In this document: piece by piece, positions 10,653-21,483 of the stretch
How the letters are laid out: each line of letters begins with the position of its first letter
Numbering within the stretch: the first letter of the stretch is position 1
Origin: an uncultured Hormoscilla sp.
GTDB taxonomy: Bacteria > Cyanobacteriota > Cyanobacteriia > Cyanobacteriales > Desertifilaceae
DNA: 64,000 bases
Reading direction: 5' to 3'
Assembly: GCA_963921275.4 (NCBI GenBank)
Contig: OZ001293.3
Span: forward strand, 1,696,001 to 1,760,000
Translations under genes and position numbers: made by a program
Notes under the pieces: generated by a model
Told to the model about the DNA's origin: nothing
What the model saw: the letters and a program-made list of their open reading frames with translations, nothing else
Databases searched by the model: none

Positions 10653-11714
10653 ATGACTACTAAGCGGATTTTTATGACAGGTGCTAGTGGCTGTATTGGT
10701 CACTATATAGCGCAATCTCTGATTCAGGAAACGGAGTACGATTTGTACTTACTAGTGCGGAATCAGGAGAAACTGCAGTTTTACTATAAGCACCCAGGCG
10801 TGACGATTTTGCAGGCAGATATGCGAGAAATTGAGCAATTTAGAGACATCCTGGAGACGATCGATGTGGCAGTTTTAGTCGCAACGGCTTGGGGTGGCCC
10901 GCAAGAGGTGTTTGAGGTGAATGTAGCTAAAACTGTTCAACTGGTGCAGTTGCTGAACCCGAATGTCTGTCAGCAGGCGATCTATTTCTCTACGGCTAGC
11001 ATTTTGGACAGCAATAATCAATTGCTTCAAGAAGCTGATGAGTTGGGAACTGATTACATTCGTTCTAAGTATGACTGTTATCGGGAGTTGTCGAAACTGT
11101 CGATCGCACCTCCCATTACGGTCCTGTTTCCAACTTTGGTCTTTGGTGGGGGCGACGATCAACCCTATTCCCACCTGTCAGCGGATCTGCCAGAGATTGT
11201 AAAATGGATTGACTTGGTGCGCTTTTTCCAAGCTGATGGTAGTTTCCACTTCATTCACGGGCGTGATATCGCTACTGTGGTACGTTATCTGATCGATTAT
11301 CCCCCAACCCCCACCCCCACCCCAGGCACTGTCCCCACCCCCACCCTAAAGGGTGGGACTACAGGAACAAAGCCCGCCTGCGCGGGCTATAATGGGATGA
11401 TGGGGGAAAAGTCACCTATAAGTCGTCAATTGGTATTAGGAAATGAGCCGATCGCTGTTAACGAGGCAGTAGCAGAGATTTGTCAGTATCTGGAGAAAAG
11501 GATTTATTTTCGTCTGCCTCTGTATATCTGGCTGGCTGATGTGTTAATATCATTGTTGCGAGCGATCGGGGTAAAGATTGAAATCGCCCCCTGGGACAAG
11601 TTCTGTATGGGCTATCGGCATTTCACTTACAAGGATGCAGTTAATCCTGCTACCTTGGGACTGCCAAGTTACTGCCCGACGCTGAGTGATGTCCTGAAAA
11701 TTAGCGGCATTTGA
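10653..11714 (+). CDS. NAD-dependent epimerase/dehydratase
   Basis: TGASGCIG Rossmann motif, YxxxK (YIRSK); in-frame repeat insertion near 11300-11390. Confidence 0.85.
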   Translation: MTTKRIFMTGASGCIGHYIAQSLIQETEYDLYLLVRNQEKLQFYYKHPGVTILQADMREIEQFRDILETIDVAVLVATAWGGPQEVFEVNVAKTVQLVQLLNPNVCQQAIYFSTASILDSNNQLLQEADELGTDYIRSKYDCYRELSKLSIAPPITVLFPTLVFGGGDDQPYSHLSADLPEIVKWIDLVRFFQADGSFHFIHGRDIATVVRYLIDYPPTPTPTPGTVPTPTLKGGTTGTKPACAGYNGMMGEKSPISRQLVLGNEPIAVNEAVAEICQYLEKRIYFRLPLYIWLADVLISLLRAIGVKIEIAPWDKFCMGYRHFTYKDAVNPATLGLPSYCPTLSDVLKISGI

Positions 11715-11817
11715 CCGGTGGCCAGTGACCAGTGACCACAAACCCAGGGGCGACCATAGCCAAATCACTACATCTTGACGACTACCGTGAAGGTGGCATG
11801 TCAGGAGGGAAAATGGA

Positions 11818-11936
11818 TATAGCATTTCTCAGATTAGTGAAATCTATGGTAAAATAGATAAAACCATTATGGTGTATGCAATTTACCGGCTCACATTTAT
11901 CTGAGACTCGGCTCACATTATCTGAGAAACGCTATA
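11818..11936. mobile_element. Small MITE (TIR TATAGCRTTTCTCAGAT)
   Basis: Terminal inverted repeats TATAGCATTTCTCAGAT / ATCTGAGAAACGCTATA; no ORF. Confidence 0.65.
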
Positions 11937-12002
11937 ATAACCCAAGTTACGACCTATTTAAAAAAATATGAATTCCCCACTTAGATTTTACAGATCTTTA
12001 GA

Positions 12003-12238
12003 CAATACTCCGGACAAAATTAGGAGGCTATGGCCCTGTAGGCAAGTAGGTTCTGGTAGTAGGGCGTGAGATTTAATTTTTCGTTGGCTCCAGGTCAAAC
12101 AAGGAAATAAATAAGTTCATGCATATGCTCTCAGAAGCGCCTGTACCGACGAGGGGGAGAGTGTAGTTGACAATGCCTAATAGCCACGAAAATGCTGGTT
12201 ATCAATGGTCAAGAAACTCAAAACTGTCCGGACTATTG
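12003..12238. mobile_element. MITE family C (TIR CAATASTCCGGACA)
   Basis: CAATACTCCGGACA...TGTCCGGACTATTG with 6-bp direct repeat TTTAGA on both sides. Confidence 0.8.
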
Positions 12239-12285
12239 TTTAGAGATTTATGTATTTTTTGATCCATAAAATTATTTTGATTGTG

Positions 12286-12481
12286 CTAGAGCGTCGGTCC
12301 ATTAATAATACTTGACAAATTCAAACATCTGTGAATCAACGAAAAATCAACATATTCTCGCCTCCCCCCCATGTCCTCCCTCTCCCCCTCATGATTTTAC
12401 CCATAGCGCTGCGCATGGCTGCGCCACGCTACGCTCTGGGGGGCGCAGCCATAAATTTGTTGTACTGGACCGATGCTCTAG
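12286..12481. mobile_element. MITE family A (TIR CTAGAGCGTCGGTCCA), CTAG target
   Basis: Inserted at a CTAG that is single in the intact IS982 copy; other copies at 24231-24433 and 31703-31910. Confidence 0.85.
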
Positions 12482-12759
12482 GTAGCGGGTTTGCTGTTTA
12501 TAGGTTATAATGTACTAAAATAACAGTTAATTGCTAGGGATGTAGATTATGGAATATATGATTACAACAATTTTTGTTCTTGGCGATGAGCTACTAAAAG
12601 ATTTAAATATCTTCATAAGATCCACAAGTGAAAATGAACAATGCAGAGGCAATGACAGTAGGATTGGTTGCTGCATATTTTTGGGGAGGACACCAGGCTC
12701 GCTCTTGTCAATTTATGGTCGAACACAATTATCTAAAAAATCCGTTAAGCAAAAGTAGG

Positions 12760-12924
12760 CTGGAGAGTGCGAATTTCTCCTGAAAAACGACCTAGTATAA
12801 AAGTTGAAACTCTTGCTGGGGGTGGCTTACAGCCAGTAGTGGCCCGCTTATTGATCATGGTCGGTCGATCGGACCAAAACCCGCTTATGACAAGCCGTTA
12901 TCCAAAGAAATTCGCACTGTCCAG
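12760..12924. mobile_element. MITE family B
   Basis: CTGGAGAGTGCGAATTTC...GAAATTCGCACTGTCCAG with 8-bp direct repeat AAAGTAGG. Confidence 0.85.
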
Positions 12925-13058
12925 AAAGTAGGTTCAATCGTAGATTACATAATATTGGCGAACCAATTTGGATGTTTTTATTCCAAGCCATAGCTCAAAC
13001 ATTTAAGGAGCTAAATCCGGGTCAAGAATATATTCTTGACAGTTTCCCCGTACCAGCA

Positions 13059-14090
13059 CTGGAGAGCGTCTATATAAAAGGATCGTCCGAAACCCTCATC
13101 CAGTAACTGACTTTTCCCGTTAAGTTTGGTGTGCCAGTTGTCATCCAATACATTCGAGAAGTCAACTCTAACCATCCCCGCCAAAGCACTTGAATACCAA
13201 TCGGTGTTTTACGTCGATGCTTCAAATACCCTCCTAATGAGGCCACAGTTTCAACAGCCCAACCCACAGTGAGGACTTGGGGCAACTTAGAGGTAATAGC
13301 CTTGAGAACTGCTAGTTGTACTGGCTGCAAAATTGTTGCAGCCGGAGCATCTGGTTGGGTTCTTTGCAGATAAGTTAATCGCAGTAACTCGGCAGCAATA
13401 ACCGTCAAAAACCCAAGCAATGCTTCCATACTTTTGGCAGCAAGACGATATTTTTCAACCTGACATCCCGATTTAAGAATTTTGTGATATTCCTCCACAT
13501 GCCAACGATAAGTGTAGCAACGTAAAATCCTAGCTGCTTCCGCAGTAGACGTAACAGCTTCAGTCCTTAGCAACATCCAACAAATACCTGGGACAGCTTC
13601 TGGAGGATTAATTTCACCTGCATAAACCGCCTAGAGAAGAAATGGTTCTTGGTTTGCCAGTCCTTCTGGAGATTTTAATGCTACGGAAGAAAATCTTACA
13701 ACTAAGGAAGCGGTCCTTTCCGATTGTTTTTCTATCGCTGTTACTTTAACCTCATACTCAAAAGCACTCTAGCTCGATTCCATATATGCCCACAAATGCC
13801 GAGTATCTTCATTTATACAACGGTCGCGCCTCAGCACGGACAAGCAATCCTGTTCGTCCTAGATCGCGTACCTTGTTAAACACTTCGGCAAGATCGGCTT
13901 CCGCATCAAATACGTGAACTATTCTGGTTGCTAAATCAATTGATTGATTACCACTATTCTCGTTTTTAAGAGAATAAAAATGTTTTTCAATCCTCTCAAA
14001 TTGAGCAGATATTTCCTCCAGGCCTCGACCCATCGATAAGATTCCTTTTCCTCAAACGGTCTGTTTTTATTAGCCTTGCCTTTGGCTGCT
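13059..14090 (-). mobile_element. IS4-family (IS50/Tn5-like) transposase remnant
   Basis: EEKESYRW, HVFDAEAD, YTYRWHVEEYHKILKSGCQVE, GGYL...PIGIQVLWRG fragments with stops and frameshifts; end CTGGAGAG at 13059. Confidence 0.85.
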
Positions 14091-14189
14091 TGATGAAAGT
14101 TTTCGCGATAGTTGTGTTGAATAATCTGGCTCCGAAGGCTCCTCGGGACGGTGCCTTCTGTTTTTGCAGAGCGCGGTGGTGAAGTGCCA

Positions 14190-14620
14190 AGAGATAGTTT
14201 TTCTTGTGGCGTTTCGCGCTCGTATTCCAGGCCGCCAGTTCGGATTGAAGAGTGGGAAGGTCCTCTATTCGCTGCGCGAGGCACTGGCCTGTAAGTGCGG
14301 CGAGTTCAATTTCGGCTATATTGAGCCAGGAACCCTGTTTGGGCGTATGATCGATTTCCAGGCGGTTTACTCATACGTCTAGCTTCCTGTGGTGGAAAGG
14401 TTTTGTCAAGAGCCGCAGGCTTGTGGGTGTTGAGGTGATCACAGACGAGAATAACCTTTTGGGCTGTTGGGTAGTCTACATCAAGTAGATGTTTAATTTG
14501 CAGCGCCCAATCAGTCATAGTACGGTGTTCATGAGCTTCGACAGTACGTTTTCCCGACAGAGGTTCACAGAACATGAAGATGCTAGCGGTGCCGTTGCGT
14601 TCCTATTCATAGTCATACCT
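14190..14620 (-). mobile_element. IS630-family transposase remnant
   Basis: ILVCDHLNTHKPA and surrounding DDE region, frameshifted. Confidence 0.75.
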
Positions 14621-14939
14621 TGTCCTCCGAAAAAATATGCAGCAACTAATCCGACTGTCATCACTTCGGCATTGTTCATTTTTACTTGTGGATCTTCTTT
14701 TATATTTAACGCTTTTAGTAGCTCGTCACAAAGAACAAAAATTGTTGTAATCATATCTTCCATCATCTACATCCCCCAGCAATTAACTATTATTTTAGTA
14801 CATTATAACCTATAAACAGCCAACCCGCCGTCTAGCACAAAAAAAATATAATTTTGTATCAAAAGCTACGAAATATCCCAAATATCTGTAAAGTCTAAGT
14901 GGGTAATTCATATTTTTTTTAATAGGTCGCAACTTAGGT
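14621..14939 (-). mobile_element. IS982-family 5' fragment
   Basis: Near-identical to the 5' end of the intact copy, including terminus ...GTCGCAACTTAGGT. Confidence 0.85.
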
Positions 14940-15156
14940 TACTATCAAGATCTTACCATCGACCTGATGTACTACACTCTGTCTAGTGTCAAGATTACCA
15001 AAAACAATATTGAACACAAACACATGGGTACAGATGGAGATTCATCGATGGTCAATCGCCTTTCAACCCATAAATTATGTACTACTATAAGTATCGCTAA
15101 TTGTAGGATATTCCTGGTTACTGGATCTAGACTTCTGTCAGCTAGCACTACTGATA

Positions 15157-15597
15157 TTGAAATACCGACTCGAAGCTAAAGAAAAACGTCCCGGTATTGA
15201 AATTATCAAAAAATACGGCAATTTACCCCCAGTGTCATGCTTTCCGGGACCAATTAACCAGGTTTTTATGAATATATTAGCAAATGCGATCGATGTTTTA
15301 GAAGAGTCAAATATAGGAGGTGAAGATCGCCAAACTAATCAAATTACTATTATAACAGAGGTAAAGGAAGGAAAAGCGCTCGTGCGGATTATAGATAACG
15401 GGATGGGAATGATAGAGGAGGTGAGGTGTAAAATTTGCGAGTCGGGATTTACCACCAAAGCGGTGGGAAAGGGCACGGGATTGGGAATGGCGATCGCCCG
15501 TCAGATTGTCGAAGAAAAACATGGCAGAACCATAACCTGTACCTCGGAGTTGGGCAAAGGAACGGAATTTACCATTGCTATACCGATTGAGAATTGA
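15157..15597 (+). pseudogene. Histidine kinase HATPase C-terminal fragment
   Basis: N box QVFMNILANAIDV, DNGMGM, FTTK..GKGTGLG; sensor and HisKA parts missing. Confidence 0.75.
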
Positions 15598-15877
15598 GAA
15601 TTGAAGCAGAAACCGGGTTTCTTTTATAGTCTCAGGCAAAAATTAGATATGATGACAACATCAACCCGGTTTATCGCTCTTCTGTCAGATCGGGAAAATC
15701 GTTATGTCAGCCAAGCGCTGAAAGCCTTATTAACTCAGTCATAGAGCGATCAGTTTCTATCAGAAACTCTCATCAAATAGCCTGAGAGCGCAAACGCCCA
15801 TATAATAAGGGTTCTAGATGAGCAGGATGCCCAGTTTGACAAAAGAGCGTTATTCACCGAGGAGTAGGCGATCGACC

Positions 15878-15962
15878 TAACCATTAGCAATTCGCCATTA
15901 GCAATTAACCATTAGCAATTCGCCATTAGCAATTCGCCATTCACAATTGGCAATTAGCCATT
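15878..15962. repeat. Heptamer short tandem repeat (STRR-like)
   Basis: Alternating CCATTAG / CAATTCG units; similar arrays near 6139-6180 and 6220-6310. Confidence 0.75.
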
Positions 15963-16491
15963 AACCTTTAATTTTTACATCAATCACACTACCATTAAAA
16001 TTGTAGGTTAAGCCTTCCAGTTCAACTGGGGTGCCAATTTTAAGTTTACTGTTACCCAGAACGACACCATTGTCAGAGATCTGAGCATTGCCAGCTAAAG
16101 TAAACAGCAGATCGATCGCCAAAGATTGAGAAAATCGAGGGTCGGGGTAAGCCTTGACCGAACCATCTGGTTGGGGAACGATCGCCTCTCGATTGAGGAC
16201 TTGTACTGATTTGACATCAACTTGACCGTAGGGCTGATTGCGGATAATAATATTGGTTTTCTTGCTTGACTGAAATTCAGAGACTAAACTCTGGGGGTCG
16301 CGCACACTCAAACCCCGGATCAGGACATCCACCTCTACAGGTTTTGTCTGCACTCCAATTTGCGCAACAGAGCCGGAAGTGCTAGGATAGAAAAAGATGC
16401 CGAAGATAACCAGTAGAATCACGAGGGCAGCACCGATATCCAGGATGCTGACTTTGCCGAATAAGCGACCTTTGTCATCTAAAATAGCCAT
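15961..16491 (-). CDS. DUF4330-family membrane-anchored protein
   Basis: MAILDDKGRLFGKVSILD followed by a TM helix; IIIRNQPYG. Confidence 0.75.
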   Translation of the reverse strand: MAILDDKGRLFGKVSILDIGAALVILLVIFGIFFYPSTSGSVAQIGVQTKPVEVDVLIRGLSVRDPQSLVSEFQSSKKTNIIIRNQPYGQVDVKSVQVLNREAIVPQPDGSVKAYPDPRFSQSLAIDLLFTLAGNAQISDNGVVLGNSKLKIGTPVELEGLTYNFNGSVIDVKIKG

Positions 16492-16715
16492 ATTGTTCGT
16501 TTGTAGGTGTTAACCGAGAAGCACTTCTAGATTCTCGTTGTCAGTCTGAGACTGGTGACGAGGCATTAGAGCCTCCAGATCATTGACAATGGTTAGAATA
16601 CCATGAGTTTTGCTCGTGCGGGCGATCGCAGCGATGGGAGGCTTTGGGGCAGCAACACCGCTGGTGGGAAATGCGTCTACCTATTTATCTTCATCAAATC
16701 GAGAGCATATTGACC

Positions 16716-17576
16716 ATGTTTAATCTCTTTGCTATAATCAAGAGACCTCTCAAGCGCCGGTTGTTCTATCCCTTGCTTTCCCTGTTGGTAGCTTTGGGTT
16801 TATGCCTGGGTTCTACCCAAAGCGCACCAGCGTTTTCTTGGTTTGACCTGCTGCGTCCAGCAATTCAAGCGATTCAACTGTCCAATATGTCGGACAAGCA
16901 AGAAGTGGCCCTGGGCGAGAAAATTAATCAGCAGCTAGTGAAAGAAGAGGTAAAACTTTATCGCGATCGCTCTTTGAATGCCTATGTGAATCAAATTGGT
17001 CAGCGGTTAGCACGGGAGAGTTCGCGCCCTCCGACCAAAGAGTATAAATACACTTTTCAGGTAGTGGACGATGATAACATCAATGCCTTTGCGACGATGG
17101 GTGGCTTTGTCTACGTGCATACGGAATTATTGAAAGCAGCGGATAATGAAGCCCAGTTGGCGAGTGTGTTGGCCCATGAAATTGGTCACATTACGCAACG
17201 TCATGCTATTAAACAAATGCGTCAGATGGCGATCGCCCTCGGTGTAGCGTCAGCAGCGGGACTGGATAACAACACAGCAGTCCAAATTGGTGTCGATCTA
17301 GCATTGCACCGTCCCAAAAGCCGCCAAGCTGAATATGAAGCCGATCGGGTGGGACTCCAGATGTTAGGGTCTGCTGGCTATGCCCAAAGCGCCATGATTG
17401 ACTTTATGAAAAAACTCCTGAATGGCCCATCGGTTCCTACTGTCTTGAGTACTCACCCCGGAACGCCCGATCGCATTCAAGCCTTGTCAGACAACCTTAA
17501 CCCAGCTTTTGCCGATCGAGGGGATGGCTTAAACGAGGCTGACTACAAAGCTAACATTAAACCAGTTTTGAGATAA
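16716..17576 (+). CDS. M48 family metallopeptidase
   Basis: INAFATMGG, LAHEIGH, EYEAD, STHP motifs; signal peptide. Confidence 0.9.
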   Translation: MFNLFAIIKRPLKRRLFYPLLSLLVALGLCLGSTQSAPAFSWFDLLRPAIQAIQLSNMSDKQEVALGEKINQQLVKEEVKLYRDRSLNAYVNQIGQRLARESSRPPTKEYKYTFQVVDDDNINAFATMGGFVYVHTELLKAADNEAQLASVLAHEIGHITQRHAIKQMRQMAIALGVASAAGLDNNTAVQIGVDLALHRPKSRQAEYEADRVGLQMLGSAGYAQSAMIDFMKKLLNGPSVPTVLSTHPGTPDRIQALSDNLNPAFADRGDGLNEADYKANIKPVLR

Positions 17577-17755
17577 TATCAAGTCCAGTTAAATGCTGAT
17601 AATAAAAAATGAGATCCTTTAGGTTGGGTTTCCGCACGAAACCTAACACGCTACGCTACCACATCGGGTTGGGTTTCGCGCTTAGATCGACCTAACCTAC
17701 AGTCCGATCGCCTGAAGTTGGCCCTAAAGCGCAAGAACAAACTCCCGATAGCCCA

Positions 17756-18535
17756 TTACTGAAGGTGTAACGATCGTACTACCGCTTCTCGAAGTTGCAG
17801 AACCCGGAGTTCGCGGGAGAACACATGCACCTGATAGACCAGAGAGTTAGTCAGATCTAGACCAGTCAACCAGCCACTCTTGCGATGATAGGCACCTGTG
17901 TCGATATCCAGCTAGCCACACCCGGAGGCTATTTTTCCCGGGGCTACTCCTGGCAGGGTAAAGGTGATAGTGTGGTCCGTGATAATCAGTTTATCAGGGA
18001 AGTAAGGCTGCTGCATATTGTGGAATGGCTGGCGAATCCAACATAACTCATGGGCTGTTTGCTCTTCGGGAGGAAATTCCGGATCGACTGCTCTCCTCTC
18101 CGCCTTCGCTAATGCGCTCAGGCTTCGGGATGCGCTAGCATGAGCTAACCACACATCCCCCAGATCCAAGTAAAGTGGCAACTGACGAATCCAGTGAAAA
18201 TGTTCTGTCAGTAGATGAACATCTTTGTTGTAACTAGCAACCGTCGCCAAACCGCCACTGTCAAGCCATGCTTGCAGAGATTGCCGATGAGGTTTCCCCT
18301 CCGGGAAGCTATCGATTAACATCTGTTCGTGGTTCCCCCGCAGGCAGTTGTAGCCATTTTCCTTGACAAAACTCACAACTCGATCGCTCTAGGGGCCCCG
18401 ATCGATCAAGTCCCCCAGCAAGTATACTCGATCGTCTGCACCTGGGGCGATCGCCTCTAGCAGTTGCATCAAGCCATCGTAATCGTAGTGGCTATGAACG
18501 TCTCCAATAAAAATACGCCGGTTAGTTACACTCAT
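17756..18535 (-). pseudogene. PPP-family Ser/Thr phosphatase (metallophosphoesterase)
   Basis: IGDVH, LGDLIDRGP, LRGNHE motifs; internal stops, frameshifts and a repeat insertion. Confidence 0.8.
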
Positions 18536-18742
18536 CTGTTAATTTTCTAGCTGAAAAAACAGTATCTTCATCCCATGCCGCCAGCTCAATAGCAGCCAAT
18601 TCCACCGATCTCTTATTATGTCTCGTTTGGCTGCAAATTTTATCAACTGATTGGCTATCTGTGTCAAATAACTTGCATTAGTTTTATCCTGGTCAGGCGC
18701 TGCTGGTGACTTAATATGTTAAAATTATACATATATTGGGGC

Positions 18743-19483
18743 TCACTGGCTCAAAGCTCGCAGGAAACTTTGCAGTTGTCCGAGAAAGCCTTTGCGCCGC
18801 TGCTGGGATGGTTGCTGTCGGTCGGGTCCGTCGGTCTGGGTTGCTGGAGCTAAAATCTGCTCTAAGGCTTCTCCCAGGGGTTTTTCAGCTGTTTCAGCAA
18901 TTAGTTTGTATTCAGACTCTGCTGTTTCTTGCCAGACTTGCCAGGGTTCGGGATACCAGCGGATCAGGGCAGCAGCTTTCAGGGGTTTAAGATAATAGCA
19001 CGAGAATATCTTATTCAGGAAGCGTTCCCGCAGCTGACGCCCCGCCAGGCCAATACCGACGATCGCTACATCTTCCAAGTTGGGGTTCAGTATGACTACG
19101 GGTCGATCGCCTGCTAGGTTGTAGAGCTTTTCTACCTGGGCGACTTCCACTGCTGAGGGGTTCACCACTAAGAACAGCTCATCTTCTGAATCTATTTTAC
19201 TATCTACGAGCGATCGGCTGCTGCCAATGTCATCAATCTTAAAGGGAACTTCTCCCCAGTCCCGGCGGGCCAAAGCTGCGGCCCCAGTGTCCGGAAACAA
19301 TACTTTCAACTGATATTCTTGAACAATGGGAATGAATTGTTGGGCAATTTTCTGAGCTTGGAGAGCGATTTCCGGGAACGCTAACTCCACTTGTAGGAGC
19401 CTGTATCCGTCATCTAGGGCTGCTTTCGTAGCTTGCATCGATTGAGCAACTGCCTCTTCTAATGTCTTGGGTAGTTCTGCCAT
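18743..19483 (-). CDS. DUF1995 (LPA3-like) protein
   Basis: FPDTGAAALARRDW motif. Confidence 0.8.
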   Translation of the reverse strand: MAELPKTLEEAVAQSMQATKAALDDGYRLLQVELAFPEIALQAQKIAQQFIPIVQEYQLKVLFPDTGAAALARRDWGEVPFKIDDIGSSRSLVDSKIDSEDELFLVVNPSAVEVAQVEKLYNLAGDRPVVILNPNLEDVAIVGIGLAGRQLRERFLNKIFSCYYLKPLKAAALIRWYPEPWQVWQETAESEYKLIAETAEKPLGEALEQILAPATQTDGPDRQQPSQQRRKGFLGQLQSFLRALSQ

Positions 19484-19545
19484 AGTCAGTCTTTTACTTA
19501 ACTTTAAACTTATCTTTGTAGTCAGTCATGAACTCCTCAACAGCA

Positions 19546-19968
19546 CTATTCATTCTGGGGCATAATTACAGGGATCGTTTGATTCCTATTCTTGCGGTAG
19601 ATCGAAAAGTCACTGTCTAAAGTCAACAGTGTACTCCCAGGGGACAATTCAGCCATCCGTACTAAACAGGCATCAGCACAAGACATTGGTACTGACTGAT
19701 AACGATTTATCAATTGTTCTATCGGGCCTGCTTCTGCTTGTAAGTCAAATGCTATCTGGATCAGTCCTCTGTTCACCAGCGAAATAACCGCTGCTGAACC
19801 TGGATAAACATTTCTCACCAGAAAACAAGCTTCTACAAGCACTGCTTCACAAGTCAATAAAGGTGGCTCAATTCTAGCTAACTCACCCATTATCCAGTTA
19901 TGAAACTCGTCTGAGCGATCCAGATAAGCTACCAACGGTCCAGCGTCAATCAGCACTTGTCGTTTCAT
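19546..19968 (-). CDS. PIN-domain (VapC-like) toxin
   Basis: VLIDAGPLVA, TCEAVLVEA, ADACLV, TLDSDF acidic residues. Confidence 0.85.
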   Translation of the reverse strand: MKRQVLIDAGPLVAYLDRSDEFHNWIMGELARIEPPLLTCEAVLVEACFLVRNVYPGSAAVISLVNRGLIQIAFDLQAEAGPIEQLINRYQSVPMSCADACLVRMAELSPGSTLLTLDSDFSIYRKNRNQTIPVIMPQNE

Positions 19969-20204
19969 GATGCCTTGGGTCCTTCAAGGTACTTTTTGTT
20001 ATAGGAAAGATCGCCTATGCCACTTTCCAAACAACCCGCCCATTTCTTGGCAGCAGTCAGAAAAGACACTGGTTCCTTCTCTTGAGTCTGGACTTCTTCG
20101 GTATGGAGTTGACTATGTAAGAATAACACAAAATCCAGGACTTCCTGCTGTTTGGGTGAGGGAAGACTTCTCAGCTTTTCGACTATTGTATCTTCAATGT
20201 TCAT
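19965..20204 (-). CDS. DUF2281-like antitoxin
   Basis: LRSLPSPKQQEVLDFVLFL; 4-nt overlap with the PIN gene. Confidence 0.75.
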   Translation of the reverse strand: MNIEDTIVEKLRSLPSPKQQEVLDFVLFLHSQLHTEEVQTQEKEPVSFLTAAKKWAGCLESGIGDLSYNKKYLEGPKAS

Positions 20205-21399
20205 AATTTTGATCTCCTCGCCTTGTTAACATCTTAGCTATTGCTAATTCTGGTCTTAATCTTGCCAAAACTTGCTTGAGTACCATTGCTGTCCAATCGA
20301 TATCTGCTATTGTGGTATCGCGCCCCAGGGTCAGGCGAATTCCACCCAAGGCAGCAGACTCACTATATCCCATTGCTAGTAAGATGGGACTAGGAGACAG
20401 TTTGCCGCTGTGACAGGCGGAACCCGCACTGATGCCAATTCCTGCTAGGTTCATTTGCCGCACCAGGGTTTTCCCCGTGATTCTTTCCGTATCTGTTAGG
20501 CAAAAACTGACATGATGGGGGAGGCGGTGCAGCAGATCGCCTGTTGGCACTAAACCCTCTACATCTGATAATCTATCAAACAGGCGATCGCGCAACCCAT
20601 ATAATCTCCGCATTTCCACTGATATTTTCGCTCCTGCCAATTCCGCCGCCACCCCAAACCCGGCAATTGCTGGCACGGCCTGAGTTCCAGAACGCAGTCC
20701 TCTCTCTTGTCCGCCACCACCCAATAACGGCATTAACTCCACCCCCGGACGCACGTAAAGCGCACCTGCACCTTGAGTACCGTAAATCTTGTGGCTAGAC
20801 ACAGATAGCAAATCTACTGGTAAACGCTGTACATCTATTGGCAAACGTCCGGCAATTTGCACAGCATCAGTATGAAAAAGCACCGTGCTTCTCCTACGAG
20901 AACGGAGAATATTCCCCAATACCTCGATCGGTTGTAAGGTGCCGACTTCACTCTGTCCGTAGATAATCGACACTAACACTGTGTTGGATTGTAAAGCCTC
21001 CTCCAAATCTCTAGGATTCACCCGTCCTTGGCGATTCACTGGCAACCGCGTCACTTCCCACCCCTGCTGTTCTAGAAATAGCACTGGCTGTGCGACAGCT
21101 GAATGCTCCACACTGGAAATAATCACATGCTGGGGTGTTCTATAATGACGAGTAACGCCCGTAATCGCTAAATTGTCAGCTTCAGTGCCACCAGTAGTGA
21201 AGATAATCGAGGCTGGATCGGGTGCATTCAATAATTGGGCCACCCGTATTCTGGCCTCTTCCACTACCGTTGCCCCCCTTTGCCCCCACTGATGTAAGCT
21301 CGAAGGATTGCCCCAGAGTTGGGTGAGAACTGATTGCATCGCGGCGATCGCCTCTGGGCTGGGGGGAGTTGTAGCACTGTAATCCAGATAGATTTGCAT
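20194..21399 (-). CDS. Cysteine desulfurase (IscS/NifS family)
   Basis: YLDYSATTP, GNPSS, HTDAVQ, SSHK, SAGSAC. Confidence 0.93.
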   Translation of the reverse strand: MQIYLDYSATTPPSPEAIAAMQSVLTQLWGNPSSLHQWGQRGATVVEEARIRVAQLLNAPDPASIIFTTGGTEADNLAITGVTRHYRTPQHVIISSVEHSAVAQPVLFLEQQGWEVTRLPVNRQGRVNPRDLEEALQSNTVLVSIIYGQSEVGTLQPIEVLGNILRSRRRSTVLFHTDAVQIAGRLPIDVQRLPVDLLSVSSHKIYGTQGAGALYVRPGVELMPLLGGGGQERGLRSGTQAVPAIAGFGVAAELAGAKISVEMRRLYGLRDRLFDRLSDVEGLVPTGDLLHRLPHHVSFCLTDTERITGKTLVRQMNLAGIGISAGSACHSGKLSPSPILLAMGYSESAALGGIRLTLGRDTTIADIDWTAMVLKQVLARLRPELAIAKMLTRRGDQNYEH

Positions 21400-21483
21400 A
21401 AGTCTTGAGTCTAAAGCACGCCGTCTAGGGACGGACTTGTTCAAAGAAGGCGGATATCTTTTTGGACCTCTAGTATATTAGAT

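Larger units (their letters stand above)
11940..13058 (+). mobile_element. Degenerate IS982-family element, 5' part, interrupted by three MITEs
   Basis: End ACCCAAGTTACGACCTAT and frameshifted transposase start (MEYMITTIFVLGDELLK) match the intact copy at 29361-30372. Confidence 0.8.
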
